Counted from the stretch's first letter, positions 1-10,509 are shown. The stretch is DNA of 64,000 nucleotides from Phycisphaerae bacterium (GCA_963675745.2 CAXXWX010000007.1:32001-96000); one strand, 5' to 3'. Made by a program: numbers and translations. The notes: generated by a model from the sequence alone, not told the origin.

Positions 1-348
1 CGACGCGTACTCACCAATGAACAGATCGACCTCCGGCGAAAAAGGGGCCCACTTGCCCACGATTATGTCGCGCAACTCGACCAACCGATGCAACTGCGGA
101 TCAAACGCGCCATCAGCTCCGGGATCGGTGCGTCGCGCAGCCGAGTCGGGCAGTGCATCGGCGTACATAACGCAGAGCTCAGCGAGATCGTCGGCGGCGG
201 ACAACCGCCCACTGAGCATCAGCATACCCGCGGCAAACAGCACCGCCAGCCCGGTCGATCGCCGGCGCGCGGCGGACACGCTGGTGTGCCGGCCGCCGCC
301 GGCGCCCCGCGTGCGAATCCAGCCAGTTTGATGTGCTGCCCGGTTCAT
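1..348 (-). CDS. Secreted hypothetical protein, 5' part only (runs off the left edge)
   Basis: Manually translated open frame from ATG 348 to position 1 (MNRAAH...GLAVLFAAGMLMLSGRLSAADD...), with a signal-peptide-like hydrophobic stretch; divergent from gcvT. Confidence 0.6.
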   Translation of the reverse strand, partial: MNRAAHQTGWIRTRGAGGGRHTSVSAARRRSTGLAVLFAAGMLMLSGRLSAADDLAELCVMYADALPDSAARRTDPGADGAFDPQLHRLVELRDIIVGKWAPFSPEVDLFIGEYAS

Positions 349-687
349 GATATTGGAGTCGCACACCTGCCGCGAAGAGCATTGCGCAATCAGTCCACCT
401 CGCGCCGGGTTATAATCTCGCGCACGGTCAGCCACCATCAGACGTGACCTGCGCGGACGGCGAGCTTGCCCTACGTCAATTGTAGCATCTGACGCGGCCC
501 AGACCCATGGCTATGTCGCCCGGCGGGCGGGAAAGCCGGTCACCAGGCCGCCGCGCCACGCCAATTCGGACGTTCAGCACGGATTGTTGCCACCCGCCGG
601 CTTCGGTTATTCTACCGTCTTCCCCGCCGACGACGGGTCGGTGGGGCCCCCGGATCTCGCCGGCTCATTCACACACAGGTAGCCATT

Positions 688-1773
688 ATGCAACAGACCC
701 CGCTGATGAAGTTACACGCGAAGCACGGAGCCCGGCTTGTGGACTTTGCTGGCTGGCAGATGCCCATAACGTATCGCGGTATCAAGGAAGAGCATCTGCA
801 CACCCGCGCCCATTGCTCGGTCTTCGATGTCTCGCACATGGGGCGTCTGTACCTCACCGGCGATCGCGCGGCCGAATTTCTCGACCAGATCTGTACTCGC
901 CGTATCGATAATATGAACGTCGGCCAGAGCCGCTATAGCCACATCTGCCGGGAAGACGGCGGTATTCTCGATGACGTGATTGTCTCACGCATGGAAGACC
1001 GCTTCCTGGTCGTCTGTAATGCCTCGAATCGCGACAAGATCGTCGCGTGGCTCAATCAGCATCGCGGCGATTTCCGTGTCGATCTTGTTGACCGCACCGC
1101 CGAGACGGCCATGGCGGCTCTCCAGGGCCCCGAATCGATGGAGCTGATCAAACGCATCGTGCCGCTGCCGCTCGATGATCTGAAACGCTACCACTTCAAG
1201 GCCGGCAGCGTCATGGGCGCCGAGTACTACATCGCCCGCAGCGGATACACGGGCGAGGACGGTGTAGAGGTCATAGTCCCCGCTAATTTCGCGATGATGG
1301 CGGTCAACGCGCTGATCGACAAAGCCGCTGAGCTCGGCGTGGACATCAGGCCCGCCGGTCTGGGGGCCCGGGACACGCTGCGACTCGAAGCCGGCATGCC
1401 GTTGTATGGTCATGAGCTCTGCGAAGACTGGGACCCCATCTCCGCCGGACAGAAATGGTGCTGTTATCTCGAGAAGGACTTCATCGGCGGCGATGTTCTC
1501 AAGCGGATCGCGGCCGAGGGCCCGCAGCGCTGCATCGCCGGGCTCGAAGTCGAGGGCAAGCGCATCGCGCGTGAGGGGGCAAAGGTCTTCCACGACGGAG
1601 CCGAGGTCGGCTTCGTCACCAGCGGCACGCACAGCCCGACGTTCGACAAGGTCATTGCAATGGGGCTGCTGAGTACCGCGGTCGCCGAGCCGGGCACGAT
1701 GCTCGAAGTCGATATCCGTGGCTCGCGCAGCCCGGCCAAGGTAGTGCCGCTGCCATTCTACAAACGCGCGTAG
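688..1773 (+). CDS. gcvT: Glycine cleavage system aminomethyltransferase T
   Basis: Motifs TPL..H, FAGWQMP, FDVSHMG, RSGYTGEDG, GLGARDTLRLEAG. Confidence 0.97.
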   Translation: MQQTPLMKLHAKHGARLVDFAGWQMPITYRGIKEEHLHTRAHCSVFDVSHMGRLYLTGDRAAEFLDQICTRRIDNMNVGQSRYSHICREDGGILDDVIVSRMEDRFLVVCNASNRDKIVAWLNQHRGDFRVDLVDRTAETAMAALQGPESMELIKRIVPLPLDDLKRYHFKAGSVMGAEYYIARSGYTGEDGVEVIVPANFAMMAVNALIDKAAELGVDIRPAGLGARDTLRLEAGMPLYGHELCEDWDPISAGQKWCCYLEKDFIGGDVLKRIAAEGPQRCIAGLEVEGKRIAREGAKVFHDGAEVGFVTSGTHSPTFDKVIAMGLLSTAVAEPGTMLEVDIRGSRSPAKVVPLPFYKRA

Positions 1774-1890
1774 CCACCGCCTTGAATGCGGCAAGCGCAT
1801 TTGACCACAGGCGACCAATCCGGCCGCGACCGACCAGAGGTCGCTCCCACAATCCCTCGTGGCCTCGTGGCCTATGGCCTCCGTCCGATC

Positions 1891-2568
1891 CTACCGCGCC
1901 AACACCGCCCGCGCCCGACTGAAAACCGCGTCCAACATTGGCTCGGTCAGGCGCCTCGTGAACGTGTTCTGCTGACTCGGGTGGTAAGACCCCAGCAGCG
2001 TGCGGCCGTCGGGCAGCAGGGTCTCGCCGCCATGTCCGAATTTGCCGGCTTTGACCTCAAGCATCCGTAACGTGTGCGTCCAGGCCAGCCCGCCGAGCGC
2101 CACAATCACCCGCCACGGCACGCGTGCCAGCGTCTCGCTCAGATAGGGGGCGCACTTGCCGAACTCCGCGGCGGTCGGCTTGTTGCCGGGCGGCGCGCAG
2201 CGGCACAGCGCGGTGATGAGGCAGTCCGTCAGCTTCAGGCCGTCGTGAGCGTCCGTGGAGTCCGGCTGGTTGGCGAACCCCGCTTTGTGCAGGGCACGAA
2301 AGAGCCAATCACCGCTGCGATCGCCAGTGAACATGCGGCCGGTGCGATTGGCGCCGTGGGCCCCCGGCGCGAGCCCGACGATCAACAGGCGGGCATGCGG
2401 GTCGCCGAAGTTCGCGACAGGTTTCCCCCAGTAGTCCTGATCCAGATACGCCGCCCGTTTGACGCGCGCGATTTCCGCGCAATGTTTGCGCAGTCGCACG
2501 CAGCGAGCGCATTCGGTAACCAGCGCCGCCTGTCGCGCGAGCCAATCTGGTGTGGCATCAGCAGTCAT
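1891..2568 (-). CDS. Uracil-DNA glycosylase, family 5 (UdgB-like, 4Fe-4S)
   Basis: CxxCxx[23 protein letters not shown] and HPSQQNT motifs; start moved to ATG 2568 (MTADAT). Confidence 0.92.
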   Translation of the reverse strand: MTADATPDWLARQAALVTECARCVRLRKHCAEIARVKRAAYLDQDYWGKPVANFGDPHARLLIVGLAPGAHGANRTGRMFTGDRSGDWLFRALHKAGFANQPDSTDAHDGLKLTDCLITALCRCAPPGNKPTAAEFGKCAPYLSETLARVPWRVIVALGGLAWTHTLRMLEVKAGKFGHGGETLLPDGRTLLGSYHPSQQNTFTRRLTEPMLDAVFSRARAVLAR

Positions 2569-2585
2569 GTCATCCCGCCTGCCCC

Positions 2586-2641
2586 CAAAAACCAACACTC
2601 CCCGACGAAGGTGACCAGTTGTCGACCTTCGACGAGGAGTG
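2586..2641 (-). terminator. Probable intrinsic terminator downstream of the cold-shock gene
   Basis: On the minus strand, CACTCCTCGTCGAAGGT...ACCTTCGTCGGGGAGTG is followed by TTGGTTTTT. Confidence 0.6.
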
Positions 2642-2743
2642 GGGGATGTATCTGAGTCAGCGCCCCTGCGGCACTCATTCCGATTGCCCCAGGATGCACT
2701 AACGCACCTGCCGCAGCAGGTTACAACCACTTTTAGTCGGAAT

Positions 2744-2947
2744 CTAGCTCAGCGGCCGCACTGACGTGGCCTTTGGTCCCTTCGGGCCCTCTGCAACTTC
2801 GAACTCAACGCGCTGCCCCTCGGCAAGCGTGCGAAACCCTTCGGCCTGAATGTCGCCATGGTGGACGAAAACGTCCTTGCCACCTTCGACACTAATAAAA
2901 CCGAACCCTTTTGTCTCGTTGAACCACTTCACAACACCTTGCTGCAT
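2744..2947 (-). CDS. cspA: Cold-shock protein (CspA family)
   Basis: 67 aa with VKWFN..KGFGFI (RNP1) and DVFVH (RNP2). Confidence 0.95.
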   Translation of the reverse strand: MQQGVVKWFNETKGFGFISVEGGKDVFVHHGDIQAEGFRTLAEGQRVEFEVAEGPKGPKATSVRPLS

Positions 2948-3056
2948 CTGATACGGCCTCTACTCGAATTGCAATACCCGGTCGCCGGGGCCCGTTAAAA
3001 CACCATTGTTTCAAACCAAGGCGGATTCCCCTGGACTCGACGGGATATACAAACCA

Positions 3057-3085
3057 AGTATCGCTCGCGTGCGGCACGCTGTCAA
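3057..3085 (-). promoter_or_regulatory. Sigma70-like promoter for the csp gene, giving a ~100 nt 5' UTR
   Basis: TTGACA-N17-GATACT on the minus strand. Confidence 0.55.
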
Positions 3086-3214
3086 TGCCTGTTTACCGGA
3101 ACTTGGCGATGCGGCTATGTGGCGGCGTTGAATTTGGAGACGGAGCGGGGTGTCGAACGCGGTCCGAAACGGGTCGTGCTCGACACCCCGCCGCCCACAT
3201 GTTGCCAGCGCAGG

Positions 3215-4723
3215 CTATTCGTAAATGTGCGTGCTCTCGGTTTCATCGACCGAGCTCGTCATCTGGTCGCTGATCATCGAGACCTTGAAACGCACGTCAC
3301 CAGTGGCAACACCCTTGACGTTCACGTGATAGGTGGCCCGCTCGCGCGGTGCGAGTGAGGGCAACGGCGCGAAGCTGATCGTCTTTCCGGCGGCCGTTGC
3401 ATTCGTGGGGCCCGCGACGGAGACGAAGTCCTCCTCGGGTGGCAACTCACAGGTGATCGCTATGTTGGTGCCAGTCGCCGAGCCCTGGTTCACCACGGTG
3501 ATCTGGTAAGTCTCCTGGTTGCCGACCTCGATCGGGTCGTGGACGTCAACAACCTCGATCAGAATCGCCGGAATACCCTTCACTTCCATCCGCACCGCCG
3601 CACTTGCCTGGGCGCACACGGCCTGCGCGACCGCCGTATTCTCGATGACACCGACGCGCGTCGGCTTGAGCGTCAGGCTGACTGACCGACTGGCTCCGGG
3701 CGCGAGCGCGCCGAAGTTCCAGGTGACCTTCCCGCCCCCATACGAGCCGCTGTCGGATGCCTCGACGAACTCGGTACCGGCCGGAATGGTGTCAACCAGC
3801 ACGGTATTGGCGGCTACGGCGTCGCCGTCATTACGCACGGTCAACTGGAATGTCGCGGGTCTGCGAAGATAGCGGAAGGCCGGACCGGTCTTGGACAAGG
3901 CCAGCACCGGCTGGCGCACAACGGTCATAGCCGTGGCTTCGACTGTGAGGCCGCCGGCTTCCGTAGCCTTTGCCGTATTGAGATACTGTCCGGTTCGAGC
4001 CGCCCTGACGGTGGCGGAGAACTCGCGGGAAGCACCAGCGGCCAAATCGCCGGCGTTAAAGGCCAAGTCCTGGCGACCGTCCGTCGTGGTCAACCCGTCG
4101 GGCAGGCGGTCGGTGATTTGTACGTTACGCGCCACGCCCGTGCCGGTATTGGTGACCACAAAGCGCAGCGGGATCGGGTCGCAGACCAGCACTTCGGCTG
4201 GTGCCGTCTTGACCAGGGCCAGTTCAGGCTGGACCACCTTGGTGGTCGCACAAGTCTGCGTGGTGAATGTGACCTGTGCGCATGACGTCAGGTCTTCCAT
4301 GCGTTCGGGCGACGCGCCGATTCGAAAAACGACCGATTGGCCGCCGCCGAATCTGGGAATCTCCCAGATGGCCTGCTGGCTCGCACGGCGTGTGGGCTCG
4401 GGCGTGATGCTGGTCACGTTCAGCGCTTGGGCGAACTGCTCTGTGACCACCATCCCCCGAAGCTCGGCCCGCGTCAGATTCGTCAGCTTCACTTCATACG
4501 TGAATGCCTCACCCATGCGGACATTGGCGGGCACGAACCTCTCCAGCAGCAAGATGCTCGTGGCCCGATCGCCGGTCGGGTAGGCCCATTCGGTTCTTCC
4601 GTAGGATGTCATGGCGCGTTGGGCGGGCGCCTGTGCCTCGGCCAGCGCGACAAAACTCATCGCGACCATCACGCCGATAAGCGGTCGCATCAGATGCGCG
4701 CGGAGGTTTCGTTCCTGGATCAC
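3215..4723 (-). CDS. OmcB-like secreted DUF11-repeat protein
   Basis: Signal peptide, repeated V.N.G...A..V.I.D.LP units, and a C-terminus DPIEVG..TY.I.V.NQGSA...DETESTHIYE resembling chlamydial OmcB; AGGAGA RBS before the GTG start. Confidence 0.85.
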   Translation of the reverse strand: MIQERNLRAHLMRPLIGVMVAMSFVALAEAQAPAQRAMTSYGRTEWAYPTGDRATSILLLERFVPANVRMGEAFTYEVKLTNLTRAELRGMVVTEQFAQALNVTSITPEPTRRASQQAIWEIPRFGGGQSVVFRIGASPERMEDLTSCAQVTFTTQTCATTKVVQPELALVKTAPAEVLVCDPIPLRFVVTNTGTGVARNVQITDRLPDGLTTTDGRQDLAFNAGDLAAGASREFSATVRAARTGQYLNTAKATEAGGLTVEATAMTVVRQPVLALSKTGPAFRYLRRPATFQLTVRNDGDAVAANTVLVDTIPAGTEFVEASDSGSYGGGKVTWNFGALAPGASRSVSLTLKPTRVGVIENTAVAQAVCAQASAAVRMEVKGIPAILIEVVDVHDPIEVGNQETYQITVVNQGSATGTNIAITCELPPEEDFVSVAGPTNATAAGKTISFAPLPSLAPRERATYHVNVKGVATGDVRFKVSMISDQMTSSVDETESTHIYE

Positions 4724-4770
4724 TTGTTTCTCCTGTTTAGCTCGGTCCCCTTGAGGTTTTGTGTATATAC

Positions 4771-4811
4771 GCAGGAGGGAGGCCGGATCTCAGATCCGAC
4801 CTCCCTCCTGC
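4771..4811. terminator. Near-perfect intergenic hairpin between the two OmcB-like genes
   Basis: GCAGGAGGGAGG-C-CGGATCT-C-AGATCCG-A-CCTCCCTCCTGC; no clear U-tract. Confidence 0.6.
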
Positions 4812-4834
4812 TACTCGTTACCAGAGCGGCGCAC

Positions 4835-7102
4835 TTACTCGTAAATGTGCGTGCTCTCGGTTTCGTCCACAGTACTGGTCATCTGGTCACTGATCATGGA
4901 GACCTTGAACCGGACGTCGCCAGGCTGTGTACCGCGCACCACCAGGTGGTACGTGGCCTTCGCTCGCGGTGCCAGCATCGGCAGAGGCGCGAACTTGACG
5001 GTCTTGCCGCTTGCCGTGCCGGTCGTCGGACCAGTCGAGGAGATGTACTCCTCTTCCGGCGGCAACTCGCACTCGATGGTGATGTTTGTGCCATCGGCGG
5101 AGCCCTGGTTGGTCACGGTAATGACGTACGTCTCGTTCATACCGACTTCGATCGGGTCGTCGATGTCGATGACCTCGAGCAGAATGGCCGGAATGCCCTT
5201 GATCTCCGTCACGAGCTCGGCTGAATCCTCGGCGCAGTAAGCCGTCGCGGTGACCGTGTTGCGGAGCTGGCCGCGGCGTGACGGCTTGATCGTTACTGAC
5301 ACGGTGCGCGACGCCTTGGCCTGCAGCGAGCCGAGGTTCCAGTTGACCTTGCCATTGGAGTACTGGCCGCCATCGCTGGCGTTTACGAACTCGACGCCAC
5401 CCGGCAACGTGTCAACCAGAACGGTGTCACGCGTGGCGATGTCGCCGGTATTCGTGACCGCGATCTCGTACGTCACATTGCGGCCGATGTACCGCAGGTC
5501 CGGCCCGGCCTTGGTGACCTGAAGCACCGGCTGGCGTACGACAGTCTCGCACGAGGCTTCGGCGGTCAGGCCGCCGGCGCCCGTCACGGTCGCCGTATTC
5601 GCAAAGCTGCCTGTGCGGCTGGCCTTGCCCTGGAAGCGGATCTCGCGTGACTGACCGGCGCCAAGTGTCCCGATGTTCTCGGTCACCGCGTTGCGGCCGT
5701 CAGTGGTCGTGATGCCCGCGGGCAACTGATCGGTGACCACCACGTTGGTCGCCGGGCCATCGCCGGTGTTGCGGACGGTGATCGTGTAGTCGATCACGTC
5801 GCAGATCACGATCTCGGGCGTGCAAACCTTATCGATCGTGAGCTGAGGCGCGGTCACGGTGGTCGTCGCACAGCAGCGCGATGACAGGCCGTAATCGCCA
5901 CGCACCTCGGCGCAGTTCTCAAACGTGCCGGTACGCGTCGCGCGGACCGTCATGTTGATCGTGCTGCTGCCGCGCGGCGGGATCGTGCCGAGCGACCAGT
6001 TGGTGCCCTGTGCCGGCGGGTTGGACGAGACCATCGTCAGGCCGTCCGGCAGCATGTCGGTGACTTCGATGCCGGTGGCATCAACGTCGGACGGGTTGGT
6101 GACGACGATGGTGTAGTTGAAGTCCTGGCCGGCGAGAACATTTGCCGGTCCCGACTTGTCACAGGAGATCTTCGGTCCGATCCAGGTCTTGCTGGTGAAG
6201 CCGGTTGCGATGTGTGCCGCCGGCTCGCAGCACTGGACGTTCTCCGGACGAATAATCTCGATCTCGACGTTGTTGGTGCCTTCGGCGGGCTGAGTCTGCC
6301 GCAGCGTGACGGCTGCGCGGCCGCTCGAGTCGGTTTCGACCATAGCGGTCTGGCCGCCCTGCTCGAAGGATCCCGCCGGCCCGTCAACAATGCGGTAGTT
6401 GACGATATACCCGGCCAGAGGCGTGCCGTCGGAGTGCTTCATGACCATCGTGACGAATTCGTGCGTCGTGCCGATCGGATTCGTCGCCGGCGGCGGGAAC
6501 TCCCAAGCCACGTCATACCAGTGCTTGACGGCAAAGACCTTGTGCTTGTTCCAGTCGTAGATACCCGGCGCGTAGGCGGTGATGTGCGTGTCACCCTCGA
6601 CCGGCGACGTAATCACACACCAAGTCTGGCCGGCGGTGAGCTCGATATCGTCCGAGGGGTCGTCATTACCCAGATCCAGGACGTGGTCGAAGTTGTTGGT
6701 GTGCGAGATGGCGTAGTGGTTGTCCACCTTGTAACCGCGACTGGCGCGCCAGCCGCTCTCGTCCACCTCGACGATGTCGCCGACGCTGCCTTCCGCGATC
6801 ATCCACTCGACCCGCCGATTGGGCAGTGGCTTGCCGTCCTTGTCCTTGACGGTCGCGATCAGGATGTGCTGCGTGCGGACGGGGTTGACGTCTTTCTCGG
6901 GTGTGACCACGAGTTCGACCGCGTACGGATCCCAGTTTTTGTAATACCCGCCCTCTGGTGGCTTGGCGTGAGTCTGCTGGATGTCACCACCCGCCGGCCA
7001 CGTTAATATGCGGTGGGGCATATGGTTCCGGCAACCCAACAGACCGACCATCCCGATGGCGGTTAACATCAAGATGATTTGCGTCGCTTTCCGTTTACTC
7101 AT
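4835..7102 (-). CDS. OmcB-like cysteine-rich DUF11-repeat lipoprotein
   Basis: Lipobox-like LLGC, four DUF11-like repeats, CC pairs and the same C-terminus as the neighbouring paralog; start ATG 7102 with GGAG RBS. Confidence 0.85.
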   Translation of the reverse strand: MSKRKATQIILMLTAIGMVGLLGCRNHMPHRILTWPAGGDIQQTHAKPPEGGYYKNWDPYAVELVVTPEKDVNPVRTQHILIATVKDKDGKPLPNRRVEWMIAEGSVGDIVEVDESGWRASRGYKVDNHYAISHTNNFDHVLDLGNDDPSDDIELTAGQTWCVITSPVEGDTHITAYAPGIYDWNKHKVFAVKHWYDVAWEFPPPATNPIGTTHEFVTMVMKHSDGTPLAGYIVNYRIVDGPAGSFEQGGQTAMVETDSSGRAAVTLRQTQPAEGTNNVEIEIIRPENVQCCEPAAHIATGFTSKTWIGPKISCDKSGPANVLAGQDFNYTIVVTNPSDVDATGIEVTDMLPDGLTMVSSNPPAQGTNWSLGTIPPRGSSTINMTVRATRTGTFENCAEVRGDYGLSSRCCATTTVTAPQLTIDKVCTPEIVICDVIDYTITVRNTGDGPATNVVVTDQLPAGITTTDGRNAVTENIGTLGAGQSREIRFQGKASRTGSFANTATVTGAGGLTAEASCETVVRQPVLQVTKAGPDLRYIGRNVTYEIAVTNTGDIATRDTVLVDTLPGGVEFVNASDGGQYSNGKVNWNLGSLQAKASRTVSVTIKPSRRGQLRNTVTATAYCAEDSAELVTEIKGIPAILLEVIDIDDPIEVGMNETYVITVTNQGSADGTNITIECELPPEEEYISSTGPTTGTASGKTVKFAPLPMLAPRAKATYHLVVRGTQPGDVRFKVSMISDQMTSTVDETESTHIYE

Positions 7103-7368
7103 CACACTCTCCGTAGACTGGCCTCGGGACGAAAGTTCGACAGGAACGATCTTGCGTTCCTGAAAATGCCACAATCAACAACTTATCGGCTGTTCCGCCT
7201 GCGATCTATCACCCGCCTTCACTCCGCGGGCAAACAAATACGACATGATTCAGCGCTCTACACGCACCAATCCGTCCACTATTAAGGAGCACGCCAACCC
7301 ACATGACCGTCTGGCGTTCCCGCGCAACCTCAGAGACTTCTCGGCCGCGATGCGCTCTGCAGCGTGGA

Positions 7369-7397
7369 ATACTAGTAGCGCGCTCCCGCTTTGACAA
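7369..7397 (-). promoter_or_regulatory. Sigma70-like promoter for the OmcB-like pair
   Basis: TTGTCA-N17-TAGTAT on the minus strand, ~260 nt upstream of ATG 7102. Confidence 0.5.
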
Positions 7398-7442
7398 GGG
7401 TTTATCCACGCCTTTATCGCGCCCTCTGCGCGAGCCACGCCG

Positions 7443-8567
7443 TCAAGGTTCCGGCTCCTCAGCGGCCTCTTCAGCGCTTTCAACCGGGATTTGCAGCACC
7501 GTGCCAACCGGCAATCGGTTAGGCGACGTGAGACGATCGCGGTTCAGCGCATAGATTTCCGGCCAGCGCGATGCGTCCCCAAGAAAGTGCATCGCGATAT
7601 GCGACAGCGTGTCGCCGCGCTCGACAACATATCGGCGAGTTGCCGGTTTCGTTTGATCCGTGGTCGGCTGAACGTCGGCGTCCGGCGGCGGAGTCTTGAC
7701 CGGCGGCGGGGACGGCGCCGTGGCCGGAGTCGGTGTTGGGGGCGGCGCCGTAACTGGTTGTGAATCAGCAGCTTGCGCGCCGTCGGGCGCCTCCGCGTCG
7801 GTCTGAGTGGCTACCGCCGCGTGGTCAGGACGCACCAGGTCACGTATCGCGCGGCTCACCCACGCCTCGGTACTGTCGTGCGCCGTTCGCAACAGGTCGG
7901 TCGGTTCCGTCGGCGTTGTCTCGGCTGCCGCGGACTCGGCCCCATCCGGCTCGTCGACCGCCCGAACCGCTGGGTCGGCGCCGCGCTCCGCGCGGGGCGT
8001 TCGCTTCCGGACGACGGTTTGCGACCCATCGAGTCGCGTTTCTCGATCCTGTTCCGGCGGGGCCGCTGCGTCAGTCGAGGCACGTCTGGCGCGCTTGATG
8101 CTGTACACCGGCAACATTGTCATTTCTTGAGCCAGACACTCGCCGTCAGGCCGGTACAACCCAAATGTCGCCAACACCGGGACGTCGTCGGCGTGAATCT
8201 CCAGCTCGGTTGCCGGAATCGTGACGCTGACGTCCTCGAGCACCCAGGGAGAATCGTGTACGAGCAGCGCCCGGCTGGCTGCGACGTTACCCGCCGTGTT
8301 CTGAAAGCGCTTGTTCGCCGACTTGATCGGTCGAAACGCCGAGTTGACCAGGCCGATTCGATAGACGACCTGCTCGCCGGCCAGGCCCCGAGTTCTGATG
8401 GTGGACCTGAACCGCACGGATTCAAGTTGCCGGCCTTTCTGCACGCGTTCGCAGGCGAAGCTGACGAACTTCACGCTCGGCGACAAGCAGCCGCTGAGCA
8501 GCCCCAAGCACAGAGTCGGCAAGAGCACCACGAGAACAGGTCGTAAAGCACGCCGAAATCGCCACAT
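7443..8567 (-). CDS. LysM-domain lipoprotein
   Basis: LLSGC lipobox, Pro/Thr-rich linker, C-terminal LysM (YVVERGDTLSHIA...IYALN...L.VG.VL.IP). Confidence 0.85.
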   Translation of the reverse strand: MWRFRRALRPVLVVLLPTLCLGLLSGCLSPSVKFVSFACERVQKGRQLESVRFRSTIRTRGLAGEQVVYRIGLVNSAFRPIKSANKRFQNTAGNVAASRALLVHDSPWVLEDVSVTIPATELEIHADDVPVLATFGLYRPDGECLAQEMTMLPVYSIKRARRASTDAAAPPEQDRETRLDGSQTVVRKRTPRAERGADPAVRAVDEPDGAESAAAETTPTEPTDLLRTAHDSTEAWVSRAIRDLVRPDHAAVATQTDAEAPDGAQAADSQPVTAPPPTPTPATAPSPPPVKTPPPDADVQPTTDQTKPATRRYVVERGDTLSHIAMHFLGDASRWPEIYALNRDRLTSPNRLPVGTVLQIPVESAEEAAEEPEP

Positions 8568-8770
8568 CCTGTGTGCCTCCGGTCGATCGCCCCACAATGC
8601 CCGGCTGGCCTCGTCGCGCATCCTGCCCACGAAGCAGGCGCATTAGACCACCAGCCGCGGACGTTTTCCATTCCCCGCGCAGCGGTTTTGTGAGCGAGCT
8701 GGCGTCGTCGGCGCTGGTGGTGGAAGGCCGGCGGTGTTGCGATATCATCCGGGGTTTACGGATACACTCG

Positions 8771-9685
8771 ATGAACGCCGCTCTCGAACAGCCCGTTGTC
8801 GTTGCCCGCGACCTGCTGAAGGCGTATGGCGAGTTGCGCGCGGTGGACGGCGTCAGCTTCGAACTGGCCCAGAACCGCTGTGTGGGGTTCCTCGGGCCAA
8901 ACGGCGCCGGCAAGACCACGCTGATGCGCATGATCTTCAGCCTGGTCGCCAAGACCGCGGGTGACTTGAGCGTCTTCGGCATGACGCCCATGCGTCAGCG
9001 CAAGCAGATCAATAAGCATGTCGGCGTCGTGTTCCAGGAGAACAATCTTGACGAGGAGCTTGATGCCACCGACTCGCTGCTTGTACACGGCCTGTATTGC
9101 GGGCTCGACCAGCGCACCGCGAAACGGCGCATAGCCGACCTGCTCGATTGGATGGGCCTGGCAGCCAAGTCAAAGAGCATGATCCGCGAGTTGTCGGGCG
9201 GGATGGTGCGGCGGCTGATGATCGCGCGCGCCCTGCTGAACCAGCCCAGGCTGCTCATCCTCGATGAGCCGACAACCGGCCTGGACCCGCAGGTTCGCCA
9301 CGCCATCTGGGCGCTGCTGCGCGAACTGAAGCGGCAGGGAATGACAATTCTGCTCACGACCCACTACATGGAAGAAGCCCAGCAGCTCAGTGACCAGGTG
9401 ATGATCATGGACCACGGTAAGGTCGTGATCAGTGGATCGCCGCAGGGGTTGATCGACCAGCACCTGGAGCGTTACGTGCTTCAAGCCTCGGGCCTGGGGG
9501 TGCGGCCGTCGTGTGACGGCGACGTGCGTCACGAGCGGGCCGGCGACGCGGACTATTTCTACGCCGACCGCGAAGCCCCGTTACAGGCGCTCTACGACCG
9601 GCTCGACTCGCGTTTTGCCGTGTTGCGGCACGCAAATCTCGAGGACGTGTTCCTGAAATTCACCGGACATGGACTGCACGAATGA
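8771..9685 (+). CDS. ABC-2 exporter ATP-binding subunit (NodI/DrrA-like)
   Basis: GPNGAGKT, LSGGM, LILDEPT, THYM. Confidence 0.93.
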   Translation: MNAALEQPVVVARDLLKAYGELRAVDGVSFELAQNRCVGFLGPNGAGKTTLMRMIFSLVAKTAGDLSVFGMTPMRQRKQINKHVGVVFQENNLDEELDATDSLLVHGLYCGLDQRTAKRRIADLLDWMGLAAKSKSMIRELSGGMVRRLMIARALLNQPRLLILDEPTTGLDPQVRHAIWALLRELKRQGMTILLTTHYMEEAQQLSDQVMIMDHGKVVISGSPQGLIDQHLERYVLQASGLGVRPSCDGDVRHERAGDADYFYADREAPLQALYDRLDSRFAVLRHANLEDVFLKFTGHGLHE

Positions 9686-10509
9686 GTGACGCCGCCGCAC
9701 CGTCCTTTCTGACACCTGATCATCGAGCCACGCTGCGCACCGGGTTGCTGTGGAGTCTTTATGGCGTCTGGTTGCGCCACGTGAAGGTCTATTGCCGTTC
9801 GCTGCTGGCCAACGCGATGCCGCCGGTGCTCGAACCGCTGTTTTTCTTTACGGCGATGGCGTTTGGCCTGTCGAATTACCTGACGACGGACAAGTTTGAC
9901 GGGCTGACCTACTCTGCCTACCTGGCCAGCGGGATTGTGGTCAGCTCGTCGATGTTCACCGGCGTGTTCGAGACCACGTACAGCGCGTTTGTCCGCCTGA
10001 CCTGGCAGAAGACATACGACGCCATGCTGAGCACGCATCTGCGCCTCAATGAAGTGTTCGCGGGCGAGCTGATCTTCTGCGGCACAAAGGGGCTCACATT
10101 CGCCGCTGTCGTCATGCTGATCACGACTCTATTCGGCGTGAGACTCACGTGGTGGTGTGCGCTCGTGCCGCTGGTTGGTTTCGCTACGGCGTATCTCTTT
10201 GGGGCGATCGGCCTGATCGTCACCAGCTTTGTGAAAATGATCCAGAACTTCACGTTTTTCACGACCGGCGTGATCACTCCGTTGTTCTTCTTCAGCGGGA
10301 CATTCTTCCCGGTCAAAGGCAGCGGCATGGTTGTGGTTGATGTGCTCTGGTTTCTGCTTCCGCTCTCGCACTCGGTCGAACTCTCGCGAGCGCTGTACAA
10401 GGCCGAGTTCGGCGCGATGACGCTGGCGCATGCCGGCATGATGGTGTTCTACATCGCGGTCTGCCACCATTTCGCGATGCGCCGCATGCGCATTCGCATA
10501 TTTGGTTAG
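9682..10509 (+). CDS. ABC-2 exporter permease (NodJ-like)
   Basis: About six TM segments, FFFSGTFFP motif, ATGA overlap with the ATPase gene. Confidence 0.9.
   Translation: MSDAAAPSFLTPDHRATLRTGLLWSLYGVWLRHVKVYCRSLLANAMPPVLEPLFFFTAMAFGLSNYLTTDKFDGLTYSAYLASGIVVSSSMFTGVFETTYSAFVRLTWQKTYDAMLSTHLRLNEVFAGELIFCGTKGLTFAAVVMLITTLFGVRLTWWCALVPLVGFATAYLFGAIGLIVTSFVKMIQNFTFFTTGVITPLFFFSGTFFPVKGSGMVVVDVLWFLLPLSHSVELSRALYKAEFGAMTLAHAGMMVFYIAVCHHFAMRRMRIRIFG

Noticed and set aside
500..687. Glycine riboswitch upstream of gcvT
   Set aside because: No GGAGA...CCGAAG...CUCAGG aptamer elements; gcvH and gcvP are not adjacent either
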